DNA of 64,000 nt, taken from Ignavibacteriales bacterium (GTDB lineage: Bacteria; Bacteroidota; Ignavibacteria; UBA10030; UBA6906). Of this stretch, positions 18,929 to 28,912 are shown one piece after another. Numbering within the stretch: the first letter of the stretch is position 1; each line of letters starts with the position of its first letter. The stretch is taken from the NCBI GenBank assembly GCA_037441705.1, contig JBBIRR010000002.1, positions 32,001 through 96,000 on the forward strand. The letters are read 5' to 3'. The notes under the pieces were generated by a model. That model searched no databases, was not told the DNA's origin, and saw only the letters and a program-made list of their open reading frames with translations. The position numbers and the translations under genes were made by a program.

Positions 18929-20827
18929 ATGAAACGCACAGCTCTGGCGCTCGGAGTCGTTGCCGTGATCGCGGCAATGCTCATCGGATGCGGCGAAGAG
19001 AAGAAAGGCCGGGGGAACGGCGCTCGGTCGGATGTGCAGGAGGCCGCATTGAAGACCTACGTGGCGCCCGGCGATTTGGACAAGTACTATCTGTTCAAGT
19101 CGGGCGGGCACTCGGGTCAGGTGTATATTTATGGCGTCCCGTCTATGCGCCATATTGCGACCATTCCGGTTTTCACCCCGTACCCCGCGACGGGATATGG
19201 TTTCGATAAGGAGTCGAAGGAGATGTTGGGCGGCTACACGTGGGGCGACGCGCACCATCCGTCGCTGAGCGAAACCGACGGCAACTACGACGGCCGCTGG
19301 TTGTTCATCTCCGACAATGCCAACAACCGCATGGCACGCATTGACCTGCGCGAGTTCAAGACCAAGCAAATTCTTGGTCCTATCCCGAACGTGTCGGGCA
19401 ACCACTGCTCGTCCTTCGTGACGGAAAATACCGAGTACGTGCTTGCAGGTTCACGCTTCTCGATCCCTCTGCCGAAAGGAACGTATGCGAGCATACAGGA
19501 CTATGCGACGAAGTACAAGGGCGTCGTTGCCGGGATCGCTGTTGATCCGAAAACGGGCACGATGTCCTTAGGGTGGCAGGTGTTGATGCCGCCGTTCAAT
19601 TACGACCTGGGCGATGCCGGAAAGGGTCCCAGCAAGGAGTGGGGATTCTGGACATGCTACAACAGCGAGCGCGCCACGGGCAAGTTGGAAGTGACGTCGG
19701 CGCAGAAAGATCGTGACTATGTTGCCGCAGTCAATTGGGTTGCTGCCGAACGCGCCATCAAGGAAGGGAAGTTCAAGATGATCGGCGGCGTGAAGGTGAT
19801 TGATCCGAAAGATGTCGAGGGAGTCGTCTACCTTCTTCCTGCAGCCAAATCCCCGCACGGTGTTGATGTCAGTCCCGATGGCAAGTACATCGTTGCCAGC
19901 GGCAAGCTGCAGAGCATCACGACCGTCTTCAACATCGAGAAGATGTTGACGGCGATCCAGAAGAAAGACTTCGAGGGCAATGAAGACGGCATCCCGGTGC
20001 TCCGTTACGATGCCGTCAAAGATGCTGAAGTGAACGTCGGTCTCGGGCCGCTGCATACGCAGTTCGACGACAAGGGGAACGCGTACACCTCGTTGTTTGT
20101 CGAGAGTGCCGTTGCCAAGTGGAAGCTCGGCACATGGGAAGTGGTGGACAAGGTTCCCGTTTCCTACAATATCGGCCACCTGACGGCCTCCGAAGGCGAC
20201 ACGAAGAACCCCACGGGCGAGTATCTGGTTGCTCTCAACAAACTTTCGCACGGGCGTCATCTCAGCGTCGGGCCGTCGCAGCCGGAATCGTCGCAACTGA
20301 TTGACATCAGCGGTGAGAAGATGAACCTGCTGTACGATGCGTTCACCGAACCCGAACCTCACTACGCGCAGATGATCAAAGCCGACAAGCTGAAGCCGAT
20401 TGAAGTGTATCCCAAAGAAGAGAACAAGCATCCCAAAGCCATCTGGGATGTGAAGGACGCGAAGGTCACGCGCAGCGGAAAGAATGTCGAAGTGCTGATG
20501 GTCGCAGTCCGTTCAACACTTGAACCGACCGCGATCGAGGTGAACAAAGGCGACAAGGTGACCATCTATCTTACCAACATCGAACAGACAACGGACGAGC
20601 TGCACGGCTTCGGTCTCAACGAGTACAACATCAATGTCGTCGTTGACCCGGGCGAGACGAAGACGATCGAGTTCGTTGCCGACAAGGCTGGTGTGTTCCC
20701 GTACTATTGCACGAACTTCTGCTCGGCGCTGCATCAAGAAATGCAGGGCTATCTGTTGGTCAAGGGAGGTTCCGGTGTTGCATCAGCGAGCAAAACGCAA
20801 CATGGAAAGGCGTTAGCCAGAAACTGA
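18929..20827 (+). CDS. nosZ: Nitrous oxide reductase, clade II (Sec/lipoprotein signal)
   Basis: Lipobox LIG-C and no Tat motif; SGGHSGQ, DAHH, GNH, PHG, PLH, GH, EPH CuZ histidines; CuA CTNFCSALHQEM. Confidence 0.97.
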   Translation: MKRTALALGVVAVIAAMLIGCGEEKKGRGNGARSDVQEAALKTYVAPGDLDKYYLFKSGGHSGQVYIYGVPSMRHIATIPVFTPYPATGYGFDKESKEMLGGYTWGDAHHPSLSETDGNYDGRWLFISDNANNRMARIDLREFKTKQILGPIPNVSGNHCSSFVTENTEYVLAGSRFSIPLPKGTYASIQDYATKYKGVVAGIAVDPKTGTMSLGWQVLMPPFNYDLGDAGKGPSKEWGFWTCYNSERATGKLEVTSAQKDRDYVAAVNWVAAERAIKEGKFKMIGGVKVIDPKDVEGVVYLLPAAKSPHGVDVSPDGKYIVASGKLQSITTVFNIEKMLTAIQKKDFEGNEDGIPVLRYDAVKDAEVNVGLGPLHTQFDDKGNAYTSLFVESAVAKWKLGTWEVVDKVPVSYNIGHLTASEGDTKNPTGEYLVALNKLSHGRHLSVGPSQPESSQLIDISGEKMNLLYDAFTEPEPHYAQMIKADKLKPIEVYPKEENKHPKAIWDVKDAKVTRSGKNVEVLMVAVRSTLEPTAIEVNKGDKVTIYLTNIEQTTDELHGFGLNEYNINVVVDPGETKTIEFVADKAGVFPYYCTNFCSALHQEMQGYLLVKGGSGVASASKTQHGKALARN

Positions 20828-20869
20828 CGTCGTGCGTGTTACCCTGTGTTTGTTGAATCATACCCTCAC

Positions 20870-20899
20870 CCGAATCCCTCCGGCAGCGGAGGGATTCGG
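20870..20899 (+). other. Perfect 13-bp stem-loop after nosZ, no U-tract
   Basis: CCGAATCCCTCCG-GCAG-CGGAGGGATTCGG. Confidence 0.75.
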
Positions 20900-20926
20900 T
20901 GCGGGCGGTGAAAGGAAGGAAGCGTA

Positions 20927-21565
20927 ATGCAAAATCTCATAACGAAAGCAACGGCGTTCTTCGATACGCCGATTGATTTGCGCAGCCGCGTGCTGGTGCT
21001 GGTGGGTGCGTTGATTCTGTTGCCGACATTCTTCTACCCGCTCTGGACCATGACGCTCTACTCCAATCAGTTTCCGGACGGATTGGTGCTGAAGATTTAT
21101 TCGCACAAGCTGGAAGGCGGCAAGACGCCAAACCGCGATGACCTGAAAGAAATCAACGCGCTCAACCACTACATCGGCATGAAGCCGCTGAAGGAGGAAG
21201 ACTTCACCGAGTTCAAGTGGATTCCGTTCGTGATTGGGGGCGTGATGCTTCTCGCGCTGCGCGTGGTGGTGATGGGAAAGATGTCGTACCTGGTGGATCT
21301 GTTCGTCCTCTTCACGTACTTTGGACTGTTTTCGCTCTGGAGTTTCTATCACAAGCTGTACCTGTACGGCCACGACCTTGACCCGACTGCGGCGGTACGA
21401 GTGCCGCCCTTCACGCCTCCGATGTTCGGCCATTCCACGATGGCAAACTTCGAAGTGTACAGCTTTCCAGCGGCCGGTTCTTACTGTATGGCTTTGATGC
21501 CGTTGTTCCTGCTTGCTGCGATGTGGCTGTCGCGTCAGACGTGGCTGAAACAGAAGCGTTATTGA
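20927..21565 (+). CDS. nosB: NosB membrane protein (clade II nos accessory)
   Basis: PLW..FPDGL, INALNHYIGM and LYLYGHDLDP motifs; directly after nosZ. Confidence 0.85.
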   Translation: MQNLITKATAFFDTPIDLRSRVLVLVGALILLPTFFYPLWTMTLYSNQFPDGLVLKIYSHKLEGGKTPNRDDLKEINALNHYIGMKPLKEEDFTEFKWIPFVIGGVMLLALRVVVMGKMSYLVDLFVLFTYFGLFSLWSFYHKLYLYGHDLDPTAAVRVPPFTPPMFGHSTMANFEVYSFPAAGSYCMALMPLFLLAAMWLSRQTWLKQKRY

Positions 21566-21590
21566 ACAAGTCCTGCGTAATGTGGTGGTG

Positions 21591-22394
21591 ATGAGCATGA
21601 AACCGATCATACCTAAAGAGCATGGCGGTTGGGCTGTATTGTATGTGCCGATGCTTGTCGGTGCGGCAATTGCCGGCGAGGTAACGCTCGACGTGTTGTT
21701 GCTTGCCCTGTCCGGGTTGGGGATGTTTTTGAGCTACGCGCCCGTGCACATGATTCTCCGGCACCGGTATGTGCTGCCGCTTCCGAAGGATAAACTCAAG
21801 CAGGCGGTGCTCTGGAGTATTGTGTATCTGGGTTTCGGCATTGCGTTCATGGTTCCGCTGCTTCTGCGCGGGTACTGGCTCCTTCCCGTCATCGGCATTC
21901 CCGGGCTTGGAGCATTTTTCGGCAACTTCTTACTGACGCGGCGCGTGTCGAAAACCATTCCGAGCGACCTCGTTGCGGTGTTTGGTCTCTCGCTCGGTGC
22001 AGTATGTTCCCACTACGTCGTGACGGGTCGCATCACCGAGGAAGCGGTTATCGTCTGGTTGCTGAACCTGCTCTTCTTCTGGTGCAGCGTGTTCTACGTT
22101 CACATGAAGATTCGTGCGGCCTCCCACAAGGAGCCGGTCATTGCAATGTCGGAGCGCCTGTCGCTGGGGTCGCTGAACATTCTCTATCACATTGTGGTGG
22201 TAGCAATTGTCGTGGGATTGGCATTCTATCGCATGACGAGGTTGTACGTTGTGCTTGCGTTTGTGCCCATGCTGCTGCACGCACTGTATGGAACGTACAA
22301 GCTCTCACACAGGGTGAAATTTCAGCGGCTGGGACTTCTGCTGTTAGCGCAGTCTGTGCTGTTCGGTCTTGTGCTCTGGAGGGTGTGGGAATGA
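21591..22394 (+). CDS. YwiC-like membrane protein
   Basis: N-terminal IPKEHGGWA motif; about 8 TM helices. Confidence 0.75.
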   Translation: MSMKPIIPKEHGGWAVLYVPMLVGAAIAGEVTLDVLLLALSGLGMFLSYAPVHMILRHRYVLPLPKDKLKQAVLWSIVYLGFGIAFMVPLLLRGYWLLPVIGIPGLGAFFGNFLLTRRVSKTIPSDLVAVFGLSLGAVCSHYVVTGRITEEAVIVWLLNLLFFWCSVFYVHMKIRAASHKEPVIAMSERLSLGSLNILYHIVVVAIVVGLAFYRMTRLYVVLAFVPMLLHALYGTYKLSHRVKFQRLGLLLLAQSVLFGLVLWRVWE

Positions 22395-23788
22395 ACGCAA
22401 AGACAACACTCTTGCTTGTCGTGTTTTGGTGCGGAATCGGTTCTCATGCCAGTCCGGCCTCTGAGAAGACCGGAGGGCGCGTCGAACCATCTGCATCTCT
22501 GCAAACGGCGGTTGATGCAGCGGCGCCGGGCGACACGCTGGTGATACAGCCGGGGACGTATGAGGGCAACATCATTCTGCGCAAGCGCCTGGTGCTGATC
22601 GGAACGCAGGCTCCAATTCTTCGAGGCGAGGGGAAAGGGAGCGTCGTTACGATCGAGGCCGACTCCTGCGTCGTGCGTGGATTCGTGGTGGAACGCTCAG
22701 GCTCCATGTTGGTGAATGAAGATGCTGGCATTCTCATCAAATCTTCTCATAATCTGATTGAGAGGAATTCGCTCCGCGATGTGTTGTTTGGCGTCTATCT
22801 GCTTCACGCTCACCACAACACTATTCGAGATAATGACATTGCCGGCAGGCGTCAACTTGATGTCGGCCAGCGCGGCGCCGGAATCCACGTCTGGAATTCT
22901 CTGCACAATCGGTTTGTCGGAAATGTCGTTACGGACACGCGGGACGGCTTCTACATCCAGAACGCCAACCACTCCCGCATCGAGCGCAACCGATGCTACA
23001 ACGTGCGCTACGGGCTGCACTACATGTATGCCGACTCGAATGTGTTCCTGCACAACACGTTCCACGATAATGTTGCCGGCGCGGCGATCATGTACTCCCG
23101 CGGCATTGTCATGCGCCACAACGTCTTCTCGCACAACCGGGGTTTCTCGTCGTTCGGCATTCTCTTTCAGGATTGTCATGATCTGATTGCTGACTCGAAC
23201 GTCATTACCGACAACGTCGTTGGGATGTTCTTTGAAGCATCAACGGACAACGTGTTCCGTCACAACGTGATTGCTCAGAACGATCTCGCGCTGCAGATGT
23301 TCCAGAACTCGATCAACAACATCTTCAGCGAGAATGTTCTTGTCGATAATCTCAGTCCGCTCGCCATTGTCGGGAAGCGAACCGAATCCCGCTGGAGCGT
23401 TGACGGCCGCGGCAACTACTGGAGTTCGTACGACGGGTACGATCTCGATGGCGACGGCATCGGCGATGTGCCGATGAGAATTCAGAATGTGTTTCATTAC
23501 CTCGAAGGGCAGAACGCCAACGTGCGTCTGTATTTGTACAGTCCCGCCTCGCAGGCCCTTGCTGCAGCGGCAAAAGCATTCCCCATCCTCATGATCAATG
23601 AAGAGGCGGACGAGCATCCGTTGATGCAGCCGTTTGACGCAGGAGCGCTTCCGGCCGTTCAGATGCTGCGCGCGATGCATTCGTCGAGGGACAGCGGAGA
23701 GCTCAGCAAGGGGTGGGTGGCATGGCCGCTCATGGGCCTGCTGGTCCTGGGGTTTCTCTATCATCGCATTGGAAGGAGATCCGCATGA
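22391..23788 (+). CDS. nosD: Nitrous oxide reductase maturation protein NosD
   Basis: Beta-helix repeats, RYGLHYMY, GNYWSSYDGYDLDGDGIGD. Start MNAKTT overlaps the ywiC stop. Confidence 0.93.
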   Translation: MNAKTTLLLVVFWCGIGSHASPASEKTGGRVEPSASLQTAVDAAAPGDTLVIQPGTYEGNIILRKRLVLIGTQAPILRGEGKGSVVTIEADSCVVRGFVVERSGSMLVNEDAGILIKSSHNLIERNSLRDVLFGVYLLHAHHNTIRDNDIAGRRQLDVGQRGAGIHVWNSLHNRFVGNVVTDTRDGFYIQNANHSRIERNRCYNVRYGLHYMYADSNVFLHNTFHDNVAGAAIMYSRGIVMRHNVFSHNRGFSSFGILFQDCHDLIADSNVITDNVVGMFFEASTDNVFRHNVIAQNDLALQMFQNSINNIFSENVLVDNLSPLAIVGKRTESRWSVDGRGNYWSSYDGYDLDGDGIGDVPMRIQNVFHYLEGQNANVRLYLYSPASQALAAAAKAFPILMINEEADEHPLMQPFDAGALPAVQMLRAMHSSRDSGELSKGWVAWPLMGLLVLGFLYHRIGRRSA

Positions 23789-24507
23789 TACAGGTGGAAC
23801 ATCTTATCAAGAAGTTTGGCAAATTCACGGCCGTGAATGACGTTTCATTCATCGTCAAGGAAGGAGAGGTGTTTGCCTTTTTGGGCCCGAACGGAAGCGG
23901 CAAGACGACGACGATGAAATCTCTCGTGGGGCTGAACGTGCCGACTTCAGGACGGATATTGATCAACAATGTCGATGTGCAGCGCTATCCGAAACAGACG
24001 AGGCAGTTCATGAGCTACCTTCCGCAGCGCGTGGTGTTTCCGGAGAACCAATCGGCGCGGGAGGTGATGCGCTTCTACTGTCGGTTACGCAAGCTGCCGC
24101 TCGCGCGGGCCGATGAGGCCCTCGAGCGTGCGGGCTTCAACGGCTTCGCCGACAAACCCGTCAGCGAGTTTTCGGGCGGGATGATTCAGCGTCTCGGTCT
24201 CGCCGTCGTCGCCCTGCCCGATGCGCCGATCCTGCTGCTCGACGAGCCGACCGCCAACCTCGACCCGCAAGGCGTGAAGCGCTTCCGGGAATTCATTCTT
24301 CACCAAAAAGAAAACGGCAAGACCATCATCTTCTCGACCCATCTGCTGCAAGAAGCCGAGCAGCTCGCCGACCGTGTCGGGATCTTTGTCGGCGGAAGAA
24401 TGGTCGCGGAAGAATCCATTGAGACCCTTCACAGGACGTATCTCGCAAGCAGAACAATGGAAGACATGTATTTACACTACGTGGGAGAACACACCGATGA
24501 ACGCTAA
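23785..24507 (+). CDS. nosF: ABC ATPase NosF
   Basis: GPNGSGKTT, FSGGMIQR, LLDEP; between nosD and nosL/nosY. Confidence 0.88.
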   Translation: MIQVEHLIKKFGKFTAVNDVSFIVKEGEVFAFLGPNGSGKTTTMKSLVGLNVPTSGRILINNVDVQRYPKQTRQFMSYLPQRVVFPENQSAREVMRFYCRLRKLPLARADEALERAGFNGFADKPVSEFSGGMIQRLGLAVVALPDAPILLLDEPTANLDPQGVKRFREFILHQKENGKTIIFSTHLLQEAEQLADRVGIFVGGRMVAEESIETLHRTYLASRTMEDMYLHYVGEHTDER

Positions 24508-24952
24508 CACTGTATCACGCCGTCCTCACCTTCTCGGGCCGACACTCCTCGCCTTTATGCTTCTCGGATGCGGCGCGTCGAAGATCGAACCGGTTGAAAT
24601 TTTCCCCGAGGATAATTGTGCCCAATGCCGCATGGCGGTGTCGGAGGTGCAGTTCGCATCGGAGATCATTGACATGCACGGGGAGGTGTACAAGTTCGAC
24701 GACCTTGGATGCATGCTGAAGTTCCGGAACAAGCGCAGCGATCTCAAGATCAACGCGACATTCTTGAAAGACTATGAGACAAAGGAATGGATTCCGTACG
24801 AGCGGGCTGTGATCGTAAAGACAAGCATCGAGACACCCATGGGTTCCGGCAAGGTGGCCTTCGCCGACCAAGCACGAGCAAAAGCTATCCAAAGCCGTCA
24901 CCCGGCTTCCGAGCAACATGCCGATGGGTGTTCGCACGCATGCTGTCAGTAA
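24497..24952 (+). CDS. nosL: Copper chaperone lipoprotein NosL
   Basis: Lipobox LLG-C; CAQCRM, KFDDLGC, TPMGSG. Confidence 0.9.
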   Translation: MNANTVSRRPHLLGPTLLAFMLLGCGASKIEPVEIFPEDNCAQCRMAVSEVQFASEIIDMHGEVYKFDDLGCMLKFRNKRSDLKINATFLKDYETKEWIPYERAVIVKTSIETPMGSGKVAFADQARAKAIQSRHPASEQHADGCSHACCQ

Positions 24953-25012
24953 CGTTCGGCGACGCCTCGCTGCAGTATTTACTCGACAATTAAGGTTGGA
25001 AGGAGTTGAACT

Positions 25013-25843
25013 GTGGACTTCAAAGCGATCTTCGACATAGCACGACAGGAGCTGGTCATCAACATCCGCAACAAATGGACGATGATCTTTGCGGTGGTGT
25101 TTGGCGTGTTGGTCGTGAGCATCTCGTACTTTGGCATCATGGCCGAGGGCTTTTCCGGGATGCAAAACTTCACCCGAACCTCGGCGAGCTTGCTGAATCT
25201 GGTGTTGTACATCGTGCCGCTGGTTGCGCTTACCATGGGGACTCTGAGCTTTACCGGCGACAAAGGATCCACGGAACTTCTGTTTTCTCAGCCTCTGTTC
25301 CGCAGTGAGATTCTTCTTGGAAAACTTGTCGGCGTGTTCTTCTCCATTGCGCTTTCGACGCTTATCGGCTTCACGCTGGCGGGAGGTGTGGTGATTGCCG
25401 CCAACGGCGGGGAAGGCCTCTCGCGCTATGTGGCGTTCGTGGTTCTGTCGCTGGCACTCTCGTTCGTCTTTCTGAGCATTGCCGTCCTGTCCTCCACACT
25501 CAGCCGACGGAAGTCCAAAGCCTTCGGCCTTGCGTTGTTTCTCTGGTTCTTTTTTGTCCTTTTCTACGATCTGCTTGCGCTGGGCGGCGTGCTGATGTTG
25601 AAGGGGAAGGCGGCGAACACGTTCCTCTTTCTCTCTCTCTTCGGCAATCCGGTGGATATGGTACGAGTGGCAACGCTGATCATTCTGGACAACGTAACAA
25701 TTTTTGGTGCCGCAGGCGCGGCGATGCTGAGATTCCTCGGCGGTCAGACGGCGAGCCTGCTTCTCTTAGTGGTCGGACTCGCTGTTTGGGGAAGCATCCC
25801 GCTTCTGATCGCCGTGCGGTTGATGCGGCGACAGGATATTTGA
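25013..25843 (+). CDS. nosY: ABC permease NosY
   Basis: ELLFSQPL.R..ILLGK, YDL and NPVD..R motifs; 6 TMs. Confidence 0.88.
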   Translation: MDFKAIFDIARQELVINIRNKWTMIFAVVFGVLVVSISYFGIMAEGFSGMQNFTRTSASLLNLVLYIVPLVALTMGTLSFTGDKGSTELLFSQPLFRSEILLGKLVGVFFSIALSTLIGFTLAGGVVIAANGGEGLSRYVAFVVLSLALSFVFLSIAVLSSTLSRRKSKAFGLALFLWFFFVLFYDLLALGGVLMLKGKAANTFLFLSLFGNPVDMVRVATLIILDNVTIFGAAGAAMLRFLGGQTASLLLLVVGLAVWGSIPLLIAVRLMRRQDI

Positions 25844-25859
25844 GACCAAGGCACCATGA

Positions 25860-26991
25860 ATGAAACGCGTTCTCCTCTTTCTTGCAGCATTTGCCGGTGT
25901 GGTGGGTGCATTCTATTGGTTTCTCACGCATGACGATCGGGCTGAACAACGCCGATACGAGCGCCAGGAGACGGAACTTGTTGTCGCCAACCTTGCCCGT
26001 TCTACTCTCACTCTCTTCAAAGCGGGTCGAACGCTCGACGACACGATAAGGCTTGATGCATTCGATGGGCAACGCATCTGGCTGCCGCGCGGCAACTATT
26101 TTCTTCGAAGCGAAGAAAACGGCCGCGTTCAATACTATCCCATTCCGTTAACCGGCTACCGGTGCGGACCGGACAAAGATGGCTCATATCTGGTCACGCT
26201 TCGTCCGGCACCGAAGGAATTCCCGCCGCAACTTTTCAGCACGCTGCCGGAGTTCGTGTTCATTCCCAGCGGAACCTTCTTGATGGGCGATCGGCAGAAC
26301 CCGCGCGAGCCGCATTACGTTTGGGTGACGGGGTATTTCATAGCACCGTTTGAGGTGACCAATGAGGAGTTCCGCGCATTTCTCAGCGCCGAAGATGGCT
26401 ACAACAACGACGCGGTCGCATGCAAGCGCCCTTCTCACACCGTCGGATGCCGACTACAGGCGCTTTGGCGAGCCTGACCTGCCCGTGACATGGGTGACGT
26501 GGTTCGAGGCGAACGCGTTCTGCAAATGGCTGACGCGCCGCTATCCGGGGTGGTTGTTCACGCTGCCGAATGATGCGGAGTGGGAGAAAGCAGCTCGCGG
26601 TCCGGATAATTTCGAATATGCCTTGAGCATGTTTATCAGTGATGCCGAGGAACCGCTATACAACTGGCGGAAGAATCCCGACGCATCGGTTCCGCTTTAT
26701 GGTGTTGTATCGACGAAGAAGGTCTTCCGTCCCAATCGCTACGGGTTGTACCACATGACCGGGAACGTTGTCGAGTGGACGCAATCCACCGACAGGCCGT
26801 TCAACCGAGAGCATCCTTTCGTTGAAGATGAACGCAACCGCGATGATGCCACAGGCAAGCGCACCGCTCGCGGCGGTTCATGGTACAGTGCGGCGACCTC
26901 CTATCTTTACATTCCTTATCGGGATAGCTTCCAGCCCGAACACAGCACGCAGGATATTGGATTTCGGATTGTGGCGAAGGCGTTGCCCTGA
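25860..26991 (+). pseudogene. FGE-sulfatase (SUMF1) domain protein with N-terminal TM, disrupted near 26414
   Basis: Frame 1 has FLMG and EVTNEEF; frame 2 has PVTWVTW.EANAFC, LPNDAEWEKAARG, NRYGLYHMTGNVVEW, RGGSW, IGFR. Confidence 0.8.
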
Positions 26992-27041
26992 TGTGATGCT
27001 TTGCGGTGTGTCGATCGTCGGCAAGCGATCAATAATGAGCG

Positions 27042-27070
27042 TTGATACTCGGCGCCGATTTTCCTATATT
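27042..27070 (+). promoter_or_regulatory. Promoter of tRNA-Arg
   Basis: TTGATA-N17-TATATT. Confidence 0.6.
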
Positions 27071-27087
27071 GGTGTGCGATTTTGAAC

Positions 27088-27161
27088 GCGGCCGTAGCTC
27101 AACTGGATAGAGCATCAGCCTACGAAGCTGAGGGTTAGGGGTTCGACTCCCTTCGGCCGCA
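27088..27161 (+). tRNA. tRNA-Arg(ACG)
   Basis: GCGGCCG/CGGCCGC acceptor stem; TCAGC-CTACGAA-GCTGA anticodon arm; GTTCGA; CCA not encoded. Confidence 0.96.
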
Positions 27162-27168
27162 CACACAA

Positions 27169-27210
27169 CACAGCGTCCCGCCTGCTACCAGGAGCAGACG
27201 GGACGCTGTG
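27169..27210. terminator. Long hairpin between convergent tRNA-Arg and the ompA-like gene
   Basis: CACAGCGTCCCG/CGGGACGCTGTG plus CTGCT/AGCAG. Confidence 0.6.
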
Positions 27211-27231
27211 CGTTACTGCACGTCGGCGTCA

Positions 27232-28791
27232 TCACCGCAGAACATGAAACTCGACGCGGCGGTTGTTTGCACGGCCTTCAGGAGTGGCGTTCGTGTCCAC
27301 CGGGTCACTGCTGCCATAGCCGGCCACGACCAGGCGCGAGGGGTCGATGCCGCGCAGCACCAACCAGTCCTTCACCGCCTGGGCTCGCCGCAGCGAGAGC
27401 GCCCTGTTGATTGCCGGGTTGCCGAGGTTGTCTGTGTAGCCTGCGATTTCTACGCGGAGCGACGGATCGGCTGCAAGAGCAGCATATGCGCGCTCCAGCA
27501 CGGCTTCTGCAACGCGAAGAAGTCTGGCGCTTCCCGAGATGAACGTCACGCCATCGAGGGTAACGGGCCTTCCGCCCCCCTGCAACATTTCATGTGAACG
27601 CGGCGTCGTGCCGCGGTCGTCGGCCGGGTTGCGCGGATCGGTCTTGCGCAAAATCTCGGCGCCGTCATTCACACCGCCGCCGTCGGTGTCGGCCTTGAGT
27701 GGGTCGGTCCTGTATGTCCGAATCTCCTCGAAGTCCGTCAATCCGTCGCCATCGGTATCGGGGTTCGCAGGATCGGTACGGTACGAACGAACCTCGTCCC
27801 AATCGGTCAAGCCATCGCCGTCGGTGTCCGCCTTCAGTGGATCAGTGTTGTACTTCAGCACTTCGTCGCCGTCGGTAAGCGTGTCACTATCCGTGTCGAT
27901 GCGCAGCGGGTCGGTTCCGTATTTCAATACCTCGTCGCCGTCGGTGAGACCATCGCCATCGGTGTCGGCTTGCGAGGCATCAGTTCGATGTTTGAATACC
28001 TCATCGCCGTCACTGAGGCCGTCGCCGTCGCTATCGGTGACGGTGGGACTTGTTTTGTAGCGTCGGATTTCTTCGCCGTCCTTCAGCCCATCGGCATCGG
28101 TGTCGGGGTTGTTAGGATCGGAGCCGAGTTGCTCTTCCTGCGCATTGGTCAGTCCGTCGTTATCATCGTCGTCGCTCGCTCCTGAACCGAGGTAGAAGTT
28201 CAGTCCTGCCTTGACGCTTCCGTACCAATCCACCGCCTTGAACGCGTAGTTCTCGGTCTTGTCGTCCAGAGCGCGAGCGCTTGCTTCCATCGTGAACGAG
28301 AGACTGTTGTTGATGTAGGACTCAAACCCGACACCAAGCGGAAGATGGATGGACGTGTAGTACTTGTTCGCCGGGAAGTGCACCACGGTTGTGCTTCGCT
28401 TGTAGGCCATGGCGCCTGCGCCCGCGTAGATGTACGGTGCGACACTCCGACCGGGGGCGAGATGAATCCAGACGACAAAATTGAGATTCGTCGCGCGCAG
28501 CTTCAGATAGTTTTCCGGGAGTTCGGGAAAATACGTCGGGTTCTGGTATGCCTTGAGATCTTCGTATCCCCCCAGCACCCCCAGCGAAAGGAAGGGCGAG
28601 ACGCCGTAACGGATGAACCCCTCGCCTCCTATTCCCACTTTTCTCTGGTTCATATCGTTGACCCAGAGATTCGCTCCGCCTTGTACTCCGATCGACCAGC
28701 GTCCGACGGTGCTCTGCGCAAGACTGCGCGGAAACGGTAGAGCGATCATGAACACGATCAGAGTGAAGAGGAAACTGCGTCTCCGCATCAC
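27232..28791 (-). CDS. OmpA-family outer membrane protein: beta-barrel + TSP3-like Ca-binding repeats + OmpA peptidoglycan-binding domain
   Basis: Signal peptide; barrel strands; DxDxDGLxDxxE repeats; GYTD, LSLRRA, NRRVEF. Confidence 0.92.
   Translation of the reverse strand: MMRRRSFLFTLIVFMIALPFPRSLAQSTVGRWSIGVQGGANLWVNDMNQRKVGIGGEGFIRYGVSPFLSLGVLGGYEDLKAYQNPTYFPELPENYLKLRATNLNFVVWIHLAPGRSVAPYIYAGAGAMAYKRSTTVVHFPANKYYTSIHLPLGVGFESYINNSLSFTMEASARALDDKTENYAFKAVDWYGSVKAGLNFYLGSGASDDDDNDGLTNAQEEQLGSDPNNPDTDADGLKDGEEIRRYKTSPTVTDSDGDGLSDGDEVFKHRTDASQADTDGDGLTDGDEVLKYGTDPLRIDTDSDTLTDGDEVLKYNTDPLKADTDGDGLTDWDEVRSYRTDPANPDTDGDGLTDFEEIRTYRTDPLKADTDGGGVNDGAEILRKTDPRNPADDRGTTPRSHEMLQGGGRPVTLDGVTFISGSARLLRVAEAVLERAYAALAADPSLRVEIAGYTDNLGNPAINRALSLRRAQAVKDWLVLRGIDPSRLVVAGYGSSDPVDTNATPEGRANNRRVEFHVLR
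27617..28173 (-). repeat. Eight tandem ~69-bp (23-aa) coding repeats (bacterial TSP3-like)
   Basis: [21 protein letters not shown]-like units counted in the translation. Confidence 0.85.
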
Positions 28792-28876
28792 GGGATTCTC
28801 CTTCGGTAGTGTGTCGTGAGTTGAGTCATAGAGATGAAATGAGTAACAACAGGGGAGGCACGCGCATCATCAAAAC

Positions 28877-28912
28877 TGCTCGCAAGATATTGTATTTGCG
28901 AGCAAATGTCAA
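28877..28912 (-). promoter_or_regulatory. Promoter of the ompA-like gene with overlapping inverted repeat
   Basis: Minus strand TTGACA (28912-28907) N17 TATCTT (28889-28884); perfect IR TGCTCGCAA-N10-TTGCGAGCA (28877-28904). Confidence 0.65.

Noticed and set aside
25860-26991. FGE-domain gene as the missing GldK/GldJ of the motor-like operon
   Set aside because: Opposite strand, coupled to nosY, separated by a tRNA, and no lipobox.
27617-28173. Regularly spaced repeats as a CRISPR array
   Set aside because: Degenerate, in-frame 69-bp protein repeats with no unique spacers and no cas genes.
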